NCBI RefSeq assembly: GCF_009914755.1
Contig: NC_060935.1
Direction: 5' to 3' (one strand)
Origin: the human T2T-CHM13v2.0 reference genome, Homo sapiens
Length of the DNA: 64,000 nucleotides
Positions 40,801-54,899 of this stretch are shown here, in pieces; the first letter of the stretch is position 1, and every line of letters begins with the position of its first letter. Both the position numbers and the translations under genes were made by a program. The notes below the pieces were generated by a model that saw nothing but the letters and a program-made list of their open reading frames with translations, had not been told where the DNA came from and did no database searches.

Positions 40801-43800
40801 TCTGAGGATTTCGTTGGAAACGAGATAAACTTCCCAGAACTACATGGAAGCATTCTGAGAAACTTCTTTGTGATGTTTGCATTCAACTCACAGAGTTGAA
40901 CCTTGCTTTCATGGTTCAGCTTTCAAACACTCTTTTTGTAGAATCTGCAAGTGGATATTTGGACCACTTTGTGACCTTCCTTCGAAACGGGTATATCTTC
41001 ACATCAAACCTAGACAGAAGCATTCTCAGAATATTTCCTGTGATGACTGCATTCAACTCACAGAGGTGAACAATCCTGCTGATGGAGCAGTTTTGAAACT
41101 CTCTTTCTTTGGATTCTGCAAGTGGATATGTGGACCTCTGTGAAGATTTCATTGGAAACGGGTTCATCTTCACAGAAAAACTAAACAGGAGCATTCTCAG
41201 AAACTGCTTTGTGATGTTTGTGTTCCACTTCAGGAATTGAACTTTCCTCTTGACAGAGCAGCTCTGAAACCCTCTTTTTCTAAAATCTGCAAGTGGACAT
41301 TTGGAGGGCTTTGAGGCCTGTGGTGGAAAAGGAAAATCTTCACATAAAAACTAGATGGAAGCATTCTCAGAAACTACTTTGTGATGGTTGCATTCGACTG
41401 ACAGAGTTGAACATTCCTACAGATAGAGCAGGTTGTAAACAATCTTTTTGTAGAATCTGCGATTGGAGATTTGGACTGCTTTGAGGCCTACTGTAGTAAA
41501 GGAAATAACTTCATCTAAAAACCAAACGGAAGCATTCACAGACAATTCTTAGTGATCATTGGATTGAACTAACAGAGCTGAACATTCCTTTAGATGGAGC
41601 AGTTTCCAAACACACTTTCTGTAGAATCTGCAAGTGGATATTTGGACCTCTCTGAGGATTTCGTTGGAAACGGGATAAACTTCCCAGAACTACACGGAAG
41701 CATTCTGAGAAACTTCTTTGTGATGTTTGCATTCAACTCACAGAGTTGAACCTTGCTTTCATGGTTCAGCTTTCAAACACTCTTTTTGTAGAATCTGCAA
41801 GTGGATATTTGGACCACTTTGTGGCCTTCCTTCAAAACGGGTATATCTTCACATCAAACCTAGACAGAAGCATTCTCAGAATGTTTCCTGTGATGACTGC
41901 ATTCAACTCACAGAGGTGAACAATCCTGCTGATGGAGCAGTTTTGAAACTCTCTTTCTTTGGATTCTGCAAGTGGATATGTGGACCTCTGTGAAGATTTC
42001 GTTGGAAACGGGTTCATCTTCACAGAAAAACTAAACAGGAGCATTCTCAGAAACTGCTTTGTGATGTTTGTGTTCCACTTCAGGAATTGAACTTTCCTCT
42101 TGACAGAGCAGCTCTGAAACCCTCTTTTTCTAGAATCTGCAAGTGGACATTTGGAGGGCTTTGAGGCCAGTGGTGGAAAAGGAAAATCTTCACATAAAAA
42201 CTAGATGGAAGCATTCTCAGAAACTACTTTGTGATGATTGCATTCGACTCACAGAGTTGAACATTCCTATAGATAGAGCAGGTTGTAAACAATCTTTTTG
42301 TAGAATCTGCGATTGGAGATTTGGACTGCTTTGAGGCCTACTGTAGTAAAGGAAATAACTTCATCTAAAAACCAAACGGAAGCATTCACAGACAATTCTT
42401 AGTGATCATTGGATTGAACTAACAGAGCTGAACATTCCTTTAGATGGCGCAGTTTCCAAACACACTTTCTGTAGAATCTGCCACTGGATATTTGGACCTC
42501 TCTGAGGATTTCGTTGGAAACGGGCTAAACTTCCCAGAACTACACGGAAGCATTCTGAGAAACTTCTTTGTGATGTTTGCATTCAACTCACAGAGTTGAA
42601 CCTTGCTTTCATAGTTCAGCTTTCAAACACTCTTTTTGTAGAATCTGCAAGTGGATATTTGGACCACTTTGTGGCCTTCCTTCGAAACGGGTATATCTTC
42701 AGATCAAACCTAGACAGAAGCATTCTCAGAATGTTTCCTGTGATGACTGCATTCAACTCACAGAGGTGAACAATCCTACTGATGGAGCAGTTTTGAAACT
42801 CTCTTTCTTTGGATTCTGCAAGTGGATATGTGGACCTCTGTGAAGATTTCGTTGAAAACGGGTTCATCTTCACAGAAAAACTAAACAGAAGCATTCTCAG
42901 AAACTGCTTTGTGATGTTTGTGTTCCACTTCAGGAATTGAACTTTCCTCTTGATAGAGCAGCTCTCAAACCCTCTTTTTCTAGAATCTGCAAGTGGATAT
43001 TTGGAGGGCTTTGAGGACTGTGGTGGAAAAGGAAAAACTTCACATAAAAACTAGATGGAAGCATTCTCAGAAACTACTTTGTGATGATTGCATTCGACTC
43101 ACAGAGTTGAACATTCCTATAGATAGAGCAGGTTGTAAACAATCTTTTTGTAGAATCTGCGATTGGAGATTTGGACTACTTTGAGGCCTACTGTAGTAAA
43201 GGAAATAACTTCATCTAAAAACCAAACGGAAGCATTCACAGACAATTCTTAGTGATCATTGGATTGAACTAACAGAGCTGAACATTCCATTAGATAGAGC
43301 AGTTTCCAAACACACTTTCTGTAGAATCTGCAAGTGGATATTTGGACTTCTCTGAGGATTTCGTTGGAAACGGGCTAAACTTCCCAGAACTACACGGAAG
43401 CATTCTGAGAAACTTCTTTGTGATGTTTGCATTCAACTCACAGAGTTGAACCTTGCTTTCATAGTTCAGCTTTCAAACACTCTTTTTGTAGAATCTGCAA
43501 GTTTATGTTTGGACCACTTTGTGGCCTTCCTTCGAAACGGGTATATCTTCACATCAAACCTAGACAGAAGCATTCTCAGAATGTTTCCTGTGATGACTGC
43601 ATTCAACTCACAGAGGTGAACAATCCTGTTGATGGAGCAGTTTTGAAACTCTCTTTCTTAGGATTCTGCAAGTGGATATATGGATCTATGTGAAGATTTC
43701 GTTGGAAACGGGTTCATCTTCACAGAAAAACTAAACAGGAGCATTCTCAGAAACTGCTTTGTGATGTTTGTGTTCCACTTCAGGAATTAAAATTTCCTCT

Positions 43801-44550
43801 TGACAGAGCAGCTCTGAAACCCTCTTATTCTAGAATCTGCAAGTGGACATTTGGAGGGCTTTGAGGCCTGTGGTGGAAAAGGAAAATCTTCACATAAAAA
43901 CTAGATGGAAGCATTCTCAGAAAGTACTTTGTGATGATTGCATTCGACTCACAGAGTTGAACATTCCTATAGATAGAGCAGGTTGTAAACAATCTTTTTG
44001 TAGAATCTGCGATTGGAGATTTGGACTGCTTTGAGGCCTACTGTAGTAAAGGAAATAACTTCATCTAAAAACCAAACGGAAGCATTCACAGACAATTCTT
44101 AGTGATCATTGGATTGAACTAACAGAGCTGAACATTCCTTTAGATGGAGCAGTTTCCAAACACACTTTCTGTAGAATCTGCAAGTGGATATTTGGACCTC
44201 TCTGAGGATTTCGTTGGAAACGGGATAAACTTCCCAGAACTACACGGAAGTATTCTGAGAAACTTCTTTGTGATGTTTGCATTCAACTCACAGAGTTGAA
44301 CCTTGCTTTCATAGTTCAGCTTTCAAACACTCTTTTTGTAGAATCTGCAAGTGGATATTTGGACCACTTTGTGGCCTTCCTTCGAAACGGGTATATCTTC
44401 ACATCAAACCTAGACAGAAGCATTCTCAGAATGTTTCCTGTGATGACTGCATTCAACTCACAGAGGTGAACAATCCTGCTGATGGAGCAGTTTTGAAACT
44501 CTCTTTCTTTGGATTCTGAAAGTGGATATGTGGACCTCTGTGATGATTTC
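37900..44550 (+). repeat. Copy 1 of an ~8-HOR block duplicated at +16,998 bp
   Basis: Ordered rare variants recur at exactly +16998: AAGTTGACAT, AGAAAATTC, GTTTTCTGTG, CTAAGCAGG, GGAGCGGTT, GAGGCCAGTG, GTTTATGTTT, TTCTGAAAG. Confidence 0.9.
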
Positions 44551-47500
44551 GTTGGAAACGGGTTCATCTTCACAGAAAAACTAAACAGGAGCATTCTCAG
44601 AAACTGCTTTGTGATGTTTGTGTTCCACTTCAGGAATTGAACATTCCTCTTGACAGAGCAGCTCTGAAACCCTCTTTTTCTAGAATCTGCAAGTGGACAT
44701 TTGGAGGGCTTTGAGGCCTGTGGTGGAAAAGGAAACTCTTCACATAAAAACTAGATGGAAGCATTCTCAGAAACTCCTTTGTGATGATTGCGTTCGACTC
44801 ACAGAGTTGAACATTCCTATAGATAGAGCAGGTTGTAAACAATCTTTTTGTAGAATCTGCGATTGGAGATTTGGACTGCTTTGAGGCCTACTGTAGTAAA
44901 GGAAATAACTTCATCTAAAAACCAAACGGAAGCATTCACAGACAATTCTTAGTGATCATTGGATTGAACTAACAGAGCTGAACATTCCCTTAGATGGCGC
45001 AGTTTCCAAACACACTTTCTGTAGAATCTGGAAGTGGATATTTGGACCTCTCTGAGGATTTCGTTGGAAACGGGATAAACTTCCCAGAACTACCCGGAAG
45101 CATTCTGAGAAACTTCTTTGTGATGTTTGCATTCAACTCACAGAGTGGAACCTTGCTTTCATAGTTCAGCTTTCAAACACTCTTTTTGTAGAATCTGCAA
45201 GTGGATATTTGGACCACTTTGTGGCCTTCCTTCGAAACGGGTATATCTTCACATCAAACCTAGACAGAAGCATTCTCAGAATGTTTCCTGTGATGACTGC
45301 ATTCAACTCACAGAGGTGAACAATCCTGCTGATGGAGCAGTTTTGAAACTCTCTTTCTTTGGATTCTGCAAGTGGATATGTGGACCTCTGTGAAGATTTC
45401 GTTGAAAACGGGTTCATCTTCACAGAAAAACTAAACAGAAGCATTCTCAGAAACTGCTTTGTGATGTTTTTGTTCCACTTCAGGAATTAAACTTTCCTCT
45501 TGACAGAGCAGCTCTGAAACCCTCTTATTCTAGAATCTGCAAGTGGACATTTGGAGGGCTTTGAGGCCTGTGGTGGAAAAGGAAAATCTTCACATAAAAA
45601 CTAGATGGAAGCATTCTCAGAAACTACTTTGCGATGATTGCATTCGACTCACAGAGTTGAACATTACTATAGATAGAGCAGGTTGTAAACAATCTTTTTG
45701 TAGAATCTGCGATTGGAGATTTGGACTGCTCTGAGGCCTACTGCAGTAAAGGAAATAACTTCATCTAAAAACCAAACGGAAGCATTCACAGACAATTCTT
45801 AGTGATCATTGGATTGAACTAACAGAGCTGAACATTCCCTTAGATGGCGCAGTTTCCAAACACACTTTCTGTAGAATCTGCAAGTGGATATTTGGACCTC
45901 TCTGAGGATTTCGTTGGAAACGGGATAAACTTCCCAGAACTACACGGAAGCATTCTGAGAAACTTCTTTGTGATGTTTGCATTCAACTCACAGAGTGGAA
46001 CCTTGCTTTCATAGTTCAGCTTTCAAACACTCTTTTTGTAGAATCTGCAAGTGGATATTTGGACCACTTTGTGGCCTTCCTTCGAAACGGGTATATCTTC
46101 ACATCAAACCTAGACAGAAGCATTCTCAGAATGTTTCCTGTGATGACTGCATTCAATTCACAGAGTTGAACAATCCTGTTGATGGAGCAGTTTTGAAACT
46201 CTCTTTCTTAGGATTCTGCAAGTGGATATGTGGACCTCTGTGAAGACTTCGTTGGAAACGGGTTCATCTTAACAGAAAAACTAAACAGGAGCATTCTCAT
46301 AAACTGCTTTGTGATGTTTGTGTTCCACTTCAGGAATTGAACTTTCCTCTTGACAGAGCAGCTCTGAAACCCTCTTTTTCTAGAATCTGCAAGTGGACAT
46401 TTGGAGGGCTTTGAGGCCTGTGGTGGAAAAGGAAAATCTTCACATAAAAACTAGAAGGAAGCATTCTCAGAAACTACTTTGTGATGATTGCATTCGACTC
46501 ACAGAGTTGAACATTCCTATAGATAGAGCAGGTTGTAAACAATCTTTTTGTAGAATCTGCGATTGGAGATTTGGACTGCTTTGAGGCCTACTGTAGTAAA
46601 GGAAATAACTTCATCTAAAAACCAAACGGAAGCATTCACAGACAATTCTGAGAGATCATTGGATTGAACTAACAGAGCTGAACATTCCTTTAGATGGCGC
46701 AGTTTCCAAACACACTTTCTGTAGAATCTGCAAGTGGATATTTGGACCTCTCTGAGGATATCTTTGGAAACGGGATAAACTTCCCAGAACTACACGGAAG
46801 CATTCTGAGAAACTTCTTTGTGATGTTTGCATTCAACTCACAGAGTTGAACCTTGCTTTCATAGTTCAGCTTTCAAACACTCTTTTTGTAGAATCTGCAA
46901 GTGGATATTTGGACCACTTTGTGGCCTTCCTTCGAAACGGGTATATCTTCACATCAAACCTAGACAGAAGCATTCTCAGAATGTTTCCTGTGATGACTGC
47001 ATTCAACTCACAGAGGTGAACAATCCTGCTGATGGAGTAGTTTTGAAACTCTCATTCTTTGGATTCTGCAAGTGGATATGTGGACCCCTGTGAAGATTTC
47101 GTTGGAAACGGGTTCATCTTCACAGAAAAACTAAACAGGAGCATTCTCAGAAACTGCTTTGTGATGTTTGTGTTCCACTTCAAGAATTGAACTTTCCTCT
47201 TGACAGAGCAGCTCTGAAACCCTCTTTTTCTAGAATCTGCAAGTGGACATTTGGAGGGCTTTGAGGCCTGTGGTGGAAAAGGAAACTCTTCACATAAAAA
47301 CTAGATGGAAGCATTCTCAGAAACTCCTTTGTGATGATTGCATTCGACTCACAGAGTTGAACATTCCTATAGATAGAGCAGGTTGTAAACAATCTTTTTG
47401 TAGAATCTGCGATTGGAGATTTGGACTGCTTTGAGGCCTACTGTAGTAAAGGAAGTATCTTCATCTAAAAACCAAACGGAAGCATTCACAGACAATTCTT

Positions 47501-50500
47501 AGTGATCATTGGATTGAACTAACAGAGCTGAACATTCCTTTAGATGGCGCAGTTTCCAAACACACTTTCTGTAGAATCTGCAAGTGGATATTTGGACCTC
47601 TCTGAGGATTTCGTTGGAAAAGAGATAAACTTCCCAGAACTACACGGAAGCATTCTGAGAAACTTCTTTGTGATGTTTGCATTCAACTCACAGAGTTGAA
47701 CCTTGCTTTCATAGTTCAGCTTTCAAACACTCTTTTTGTAGAATCTGCAAGTGGATATTTGGACCACTTTGTGGCCTTCCTTCGAAACTGGTATATCTTC
47801 ACATCAAACCTAGACAGAAGCATTCTCAGAATGTTTCCTGTGATGACTGCATTCAACTCACAGAGGTGAACAATCCTGTTGATGGAGCAGTTTTGAAACT
47901 CTCTTTCTTTGGATTCTGCAAGTGGATATGTGGACCTCTGTGAAGATTTCGTTGGAAACGTGTTCATCTTCAGAGAAAAATTAAACAGGAGCATTCTCAG
48001 AAACTGCTTTGTGATGTTTGTGTTCCACTTCAGGAATTGAACTTTCCTCTTGATAGAGCAGCTCTCAAACCCTCTTTTTCTAGAATCTGCAAGTGGATAT
48101 TTGGAGGGCTTTGAGGCATGTGGTGGAAAAGGAAAATCTTCACATAAAAACTAGATGGAAGCATTCTCAGAAACTACTTTGTGATGATTGCATTCGACTC
48201 ACAGAGTTGAACATTCCTATAGATAGAGCAGGTTGTAAACAATCTTTTTGTAGAATCTGCGATTGGAGATTTGGACTGCTTTGAGGCCTACTGTAGCAAA
48301 GGAAATAACTTCAACTAAAAACCAAACGGAAGCATTCACAGACAATTCTTAGTGATCATTGGATTGAACTAACAGAGCTGAACATTCCTTTAGATGGAGC
48401 AGTTTCCAAACACACTTTCTGTAGAATCTGCAAGTGGATATTTGGACTTCTCTGAGGATTTCGTTGGAAACGGGATAAACTTCCCAGAACTACACGGAAG
48501 CATTCTGAGAAACTTCTTTGTGATGTTTGCATTCAACTCACAGAGTTGAACCTTGCTTTCATAGTTCAGCTTTCAAACACTCTTTTTGTAGAATCTGCAA
48601 GTGGATATTTGGACCACTTTGTGGCCTTCCTTCGAAACGGGTATATCTTCACATCAAACCTAGACAGAAGCATTCTCAGAATGTTTCCTGTGATTACTGC
48701 ATTCAACTCACAGAGGTGAACAATCCTGCTGATGGAGCAGTTTTGAAACTCTCTTTCTTTGGATTCTGCAAGTGGATATGTGGACCTCTGTGAAGATTTC
48801 GTTGGAAACGGGTTCATCTTCAGAGAAATAGTAAACAGGAGCATTCTCAGAAACTGCTTTGTGATGTTTGTGTTCCACTTCAAGAATTGAACTTTCCTCT
48901 TGACAGAGCAGCTCTGAAACCCTCTTTTTCTAGAATCTGCAAGTGGACATTTGGAGGGCTTTGAGGCCTGTGGTGGAAAAGGAAACTCTTCACATAAAAA
49001 CTAGATGGAAGCATTCTCAGAAACTCCTTTGTGATGATTGCATTCGACTCACAGAGTTGAACATTCCTATAGATAGAGCAGGTTGTAAACAATCTTTTTG
49101 TAGAATCTGCGATTGGAGATTTGGACTGCTTTGAGGCCTACTGTAGTAAAGGAAATATCTTCATCTAAAAACCAAACGGAAGCATTCACAGACAATTCTT
49201 AGTGATCATTGGATTGAACTAACAGAGCTGAACATTCCTTTAGATGGCGCAGTTTCCAAACACACTTTCTGTGGAATCTGCAAGTGGATATTTGGACCTC
49301 TCTGAGGATTTCGTTGGAAACGGCATAAACTTCCCAGAACTACACGGAAGCATTCTGAGAAACTTCTTTGTGATGTTTGCATTCAACTCACAGAGTTGAA
49401 CCTTGCTTTCATAGTTCAGCTTTCAAACACTCTTTTTGTAGAATCTGCAAGTGGATATTTGGACCACTTTGTGGCCTTCCTTCGAAACGGGTATATCTTC
49501 ACATCAAACCTAGACAGAAGCATTCTCAGAATGTTTCCTTTGATGACTGCATTCAACTCATAGAGGTGAAAAATCCTGTTGATGGAGCAGTTTTGAAACT
49601 CTCTTTCTTTGGATTCTGCAAGTGGATATGTGGACCTCTGTGAAGATTTCGTTGGAAACGGGTTCATCTTCACAGAAAAACTAAACAGGAGCATTCTCAG
49701 AAACTGCTTTGTGATGTTTGTGTTCCACTTCAAGAATTGAACTTTCCTCTTGACAGAGCAGCTCTGAAACCCTCTTTTTCTAGAATCTGCAAGTGGACAT
49801 TTGGAGGGCTTTGAGGCCTGTGGTGGAAAAGGAAAATCTTCACATAAAAACTAGATGGAAGCATTCTCAGAAACTACTTTGTGATGATTGCATTCGACTC
49901 ACAGAGTTGAACATTCCTATAGATAGAGCAGGTTGTAAACAATCTTTTTGTAGAATCTGCGATTGGAGATTTGGACTGCTTTGAGGCCTACTGTAGTAAA
50001 GGAAATAACTGCATCTAAAAACCAAACGGAAGCATTCACAGACAATTCTTAGTGATCATTGGATTGAACTAACAGAGCTGAACATTCCTTTAGATGGAGC
50101 AGTTTCCAAACCCACTTTCTGTAGAATCTGCAAGTGGATATTTGGACATCTCTGAGGATTTCGTTGGAAACAGGATAAAATTCCCAGAACTACACGGAAG
50201 TATTCTGAGAAACTTCTTTGTGATGTTTGCATTCAACTCACAATGTTGAACCTTGCTTTCATAGTTCAGCTTTCAAACACTCTTTTTGTAGAATCTGCAA
50301 GTGGATATTTGGACCACTTTGTGGCCTTCCTTCGAAACGGGTATATCTTCACATCGAACCTAGACAGAAGCATTCTCAGAATGTTTCCTGTGATGACTGC
50401 ATTCAACTCACAGAGGTGAACAATCCTGCTGATGGAGCAGTTTTGAAACTCTCTTTCTTTGGATTCTGCAAGTGGATATGTGGACCTCTGTGAAGATTTC

Positions 50501-53500
50501 GTTGGAAACGGGTTCATCTTCACAGAAAAACTAAACAGGAACATTCTCAGAAACTGCTTTGTGATGTTTGTGTTCCACTTCAGGAATTGAACTTTCCTCT
50601 TGACAGAGCAGCTCTGAAACCCTCTTATTCTAGAATCTGCAAGTGGACATTTGGAGGGCTTTGAGGCCTGTGGTGGAAAAGGAAAATCTTCACATAAAAA
50701 CTAGATGGAAGCATTCTCAGAAACTACTTTGTGATGATTGCATTCGACTCACAGAGTTGAACATTCCTATAGATAGAGCAGGTTGTAAACAATCTTTTTG
50801 TAGAATCTGCGATTGGAGATTTGGACTGCTTTGAAGCCTACTGTAGTAAAGGAAATAACTTCATCTAAAAACCAAACGGAAGCATTCACAGACAATTCTT
50901 AGTGATCATTGGATTGAACTAACAGAGCTGAACATTCCTTTAGATGGAGCAGTTTCCAAACCCACTTTCTGTAGAATCTGCAAGTGGATATTTGGACCTC
51001 TCTGAGGATTTCGTTGGAAACGGGCTAAACTTCCCAGAACTACACGGAAGTATTCTGAGAAACTTCTTTGTGATGTTTGCATTCAACTCACAGAGTTGAA
51101 ACTTGCTTTCATAGTTCAGCTTTCAAACACTCTTTTTGTAGAATCTGCAAGTGGATATTTGGACCACTTTGTGGCCTTCCTTCGAAACGGGTATATCTTC
51201 ACATCAAACCTAGACAGAAGAATTCTCAGAATGTTTCCTGTGATGACTGCATTCAACTCACAGAGGTGAACAATCCTGCTGATGGAGCAGTTTTGAAACT
51301 CTCTTTCTTTGGATTCTGCAAGTGGATATGTGGACCTCTGTGAAGATTTCGTTGAAAACGGGTTCATCTTCACAGAAAAACTAAACAAAAGCATTCTCAG
51401 AAACTGCTTTGTGATGTTTTTGTTCCACTTCAGGAATTAAACTTTCCTCTTGACAGAGCAGCTCTGAAACCCTCTTATTCTAGAATCTGCAAGTGGACAT
51501 TTGGAGGGCGTTGCGGCCTGTGGTGGAAAAGGAAAATCTTCACATAAAAACTAGATGGAAGCATTCTCAGAAACTACTTTGTGATGATTGCATTCGACTC
51601 ACAGAGTTGAACATTCCTATAGATAGAGAAGGTTGTAAACAATCTTTTTGTAGAATCTGCGATTGGAGATTTGGACTGCTTTGAGGCCTACTGTAGTAAA
51701 GGAAATAACTTCATCTAAAAACCAAATGGAAGCATTCACAGACAATTCTTAGTGATCATTGGATTGAACTAACAGAGCTGAACATTCCTTTAGATGGAGC
51801 AGTTTCCAAACCCACTTTCTGTAGAATCTGCAAGTGGATATTTGGACCTATCTGAGGATTTCGTTGGAAACGGGATAAACTTCCCAGAACTACACGGAAG
51901 TATTCTGAGAAATATCTTTGTGATGTTTGCATTCAACTCACAGAGTTGAACCTTGCTTTCATAGTTCAGCTTTCAAACACTCTTTTTGTAGAATCTGCAA
52001 GTGGATATTTGGACCACTTAGTGGCCTTCCTTCGAAACGGGTATATCTTCACATCAAACCTAGACAGAAGCATTCTCAGAATGTTTCCTGTGATGACTGC
52101 ATTCAACTCACAGAGGTGAACAATCCTGCTGATGGATCAGTTTTGAAACTCTCTTTCTTTGGATTCTGCAGGTGGATATGTGGACCTCTGTGAAGATTTC
52201 GTTGGAAACGGGTTCATCTTCACAGAAAAACTAAACAGGAGCATTCTCAGAAACTGCATTGTGATGTTTGTGTTCCACTTCAGGAATTGAACTTTCCTCT
52301 TGACAGAGCAGCTCTGAAACCCTCTTTTTCTAGAATCTGCAAGTGGACATTTGGAGGGCTTTGAGGCCTGTGGTGGAAAAGGAAACTCTTCACATAAAAA
52401 CTAGATGGAAGCATTCTCAGAAACTCCTTTGTGATGATTGCATTCGACTCACAGAGTTGAACATTCCTATAGATAGAGCAGGTTGTAAACAATCTTTTTG
52501 TAGAATCTGCGATTGGAGATTTGGAATGCTTTGAGGCCTACTGTAGTAAAGAAAATAACTTCATCTAAAAACCAAACGGAAGCATTCACAGACAATTCTT
52601 AGTGATCACTGGATTGAACTAACAGAGCTGAACATTACCTTAGATGGCGTAGTTTCCAAACACACTTTCTGTAGAATCTGCAAGTGGATATTTGGACCTC
52701 TCTGAGGATTTCGTTGGAAACGGGCTAAACTTCCCAGAACTACACGGAAGCATTCTGAGAAACTTCTTTGTGATGTTTGCATTCAACTCACAGAGTTGAA
52801 CCTTGCTTTCATAGTTCAGCTTTCAAACACTCTTTTTGTAGAATCTGCAAGTGGATATTTGGACCACTTTGTGGCCTTCCTTCGAAACGGGTATATCTTC
52901 ACATCAAACCTAGACAGAAGCATTCTCAGAATGTTTCCTGTGATGACTGCATTCAACTCACAGAGGTGAACAATCCTGCTGATGGAGCAGTTTTGAAACT
53001 CTCTTTCTTTGGATTCTGCAAGTGGATATGTGGACCTCTGTGAAGATTCCGTTGGAAACGGGTTCATCTTCACAGAAAAACTAAACAGGAGCATTCTCAG
53101 AAACTGCTTTGTGATGTTTGTGTTCCACTTCAGGAATTGAACTTTCCTCTTGACAGAGCAGCTCTGAAACCCTCTTTTTCTAGAATCTGCAAGTGGACAT
53201 TTGGAGGGCTTTGAGGCCTGTGGTGGAAAAGTAAAATCTTCACATAAAAACTAGATGGAAGCATTCTCAGAAACTACTTTGTGATGATTGCATTCGACTC
53301 ACAGAGTTGAACATTCCTATAGATAGAGCAGGTTGTAAACAATCTTTTTGTAGAATCTGCGATTGGAGATTTGGACTGCTTTGAGGCCTACTGTAGTAAA
53401 GGAAATAACTTCATCTAAAAACCAAACGGAAGCATTCACAGACAATTCTTAGTGATCATTGGATTGAACTAACAGAGCTGAACATTCCTTTAGATGGAGC

Positions 53501-54899
53501 AGTTTCCAAACACACTTTCTGTAGAATCTGCAAGTGGATATTTGGACCTCTCTGAGGATTTCGTTGGAAACGGGGTAAACTTCCCAGAACTACATGGAAG
53601 TATTCTGAGAAACATCTTTGTGATGTTTGCATTCAACTCACAGAGTTGAACCTTGCTTTCATAGTTCAGCTTTCAAACACTCTTTTTGTAGAATCTGCAA
53701 GTGGATATTTGGACCACTTTGTGGCCTTCCTTCGAAACGGGTATATCTTCACATCAAACCTAGACAGAAGCATTCTCAGAATGTTTCCTGTGATGACTGC
53801 ATTCAACTCACAGAGGTGAACAATCCTGCTGATGGATCAGTTTTGAAACTCTCTTTCTTTGGATTCTGCAAGTGGATATGTGGACCTCTGTGAAGATTTC
53901 GTTGGAAACAGGTTCATCTTCACAGAAAAACTAAACAGGAGCATTCTCAGAAACTGCTTTGTGATGTTTGTGTTCCACTTCAGGAATTGAACTTTCCTCT
54001 TGAGAGAGCAGCTCTGAAACCCTATTTTTCTAGAATCTGCAATTGGACATTTGGAGGGCTTTGAGGCCTGTGGGGGAAAAGGAAACTCTTCACATAAAAA
54101 CTAGATGGAAGCATTCTCAGAAACTACTTTGTGATGATTGCATTCGACTCACAGAGTTGAACATTCCTATAGATAGAGCAGGTTGTAAACAATCTTTTTG
54201 TAGAATCTGCGATTGGAGATTTGGACTGCTTTGAGGCCTACTGTAGTAAAGGAAATAACTTCATCTAAAAACCAAACGGAAGCATTCACAGACAATTCTT
54301 AGTGATCACTGGATTGAACTAAGAGAGCTGAACATTCCCTTTGATGGCGCAGTTTCCAAACACACTTTCTGTAGAATCTGCAAGTGGATATTTGGACCTC
54401 TCTGAGGATTTCGTTGGAAACGGGCTAAACTTCCCAGAACTACACGGAAGCATTCTGAGAAACTTCTTTGTGATGTTTGCATTCAACTCACAGAGTTGAA
54501 CCTTGCTTTCATAGTTCAGCTTTCAAACACTCTTTTTGTAGAATCTGCAAGTGGATATTTGGACCACTTTGTGGCCTTCCTTCGAAACGGGTATATCTTC
54601 ACATCAAACCTAGACAGAAGCATTCTCAGAATGTTTCCTGTGATGACTGCATTCAACTCACAGAGGTGAACAATCCTGCTGATGGAGCAGTTTTGAAACT
54701 CTCTTTCTTTGGATTCTGCAAGTGGATATGTGGACCTCTGTGAAGATTTCGTTGGAAACGGGTTCATCTTCACAGAAAAACTAAACAGGAGCATTCTCAG
54801 AAACTGCTTTGTGATGTTTGTGTTCCACTTCAGGAATTGAACTTTCCTCTTGAGAGAGCAGCTCTGAAACCCTCTTTTTCTAGAATCTGCAAGTGGACA

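Noticed and set aside
42847-42863. Box variant TTTCGTTGAAAACGGGT (also ~45397, 51347, 59845, 63245) as a broken CENP-B box
   Set aside because: The G>A change is at a non-essential position of nTTCGnnnnAnnCGGGn, so it was not counted as inactivating.
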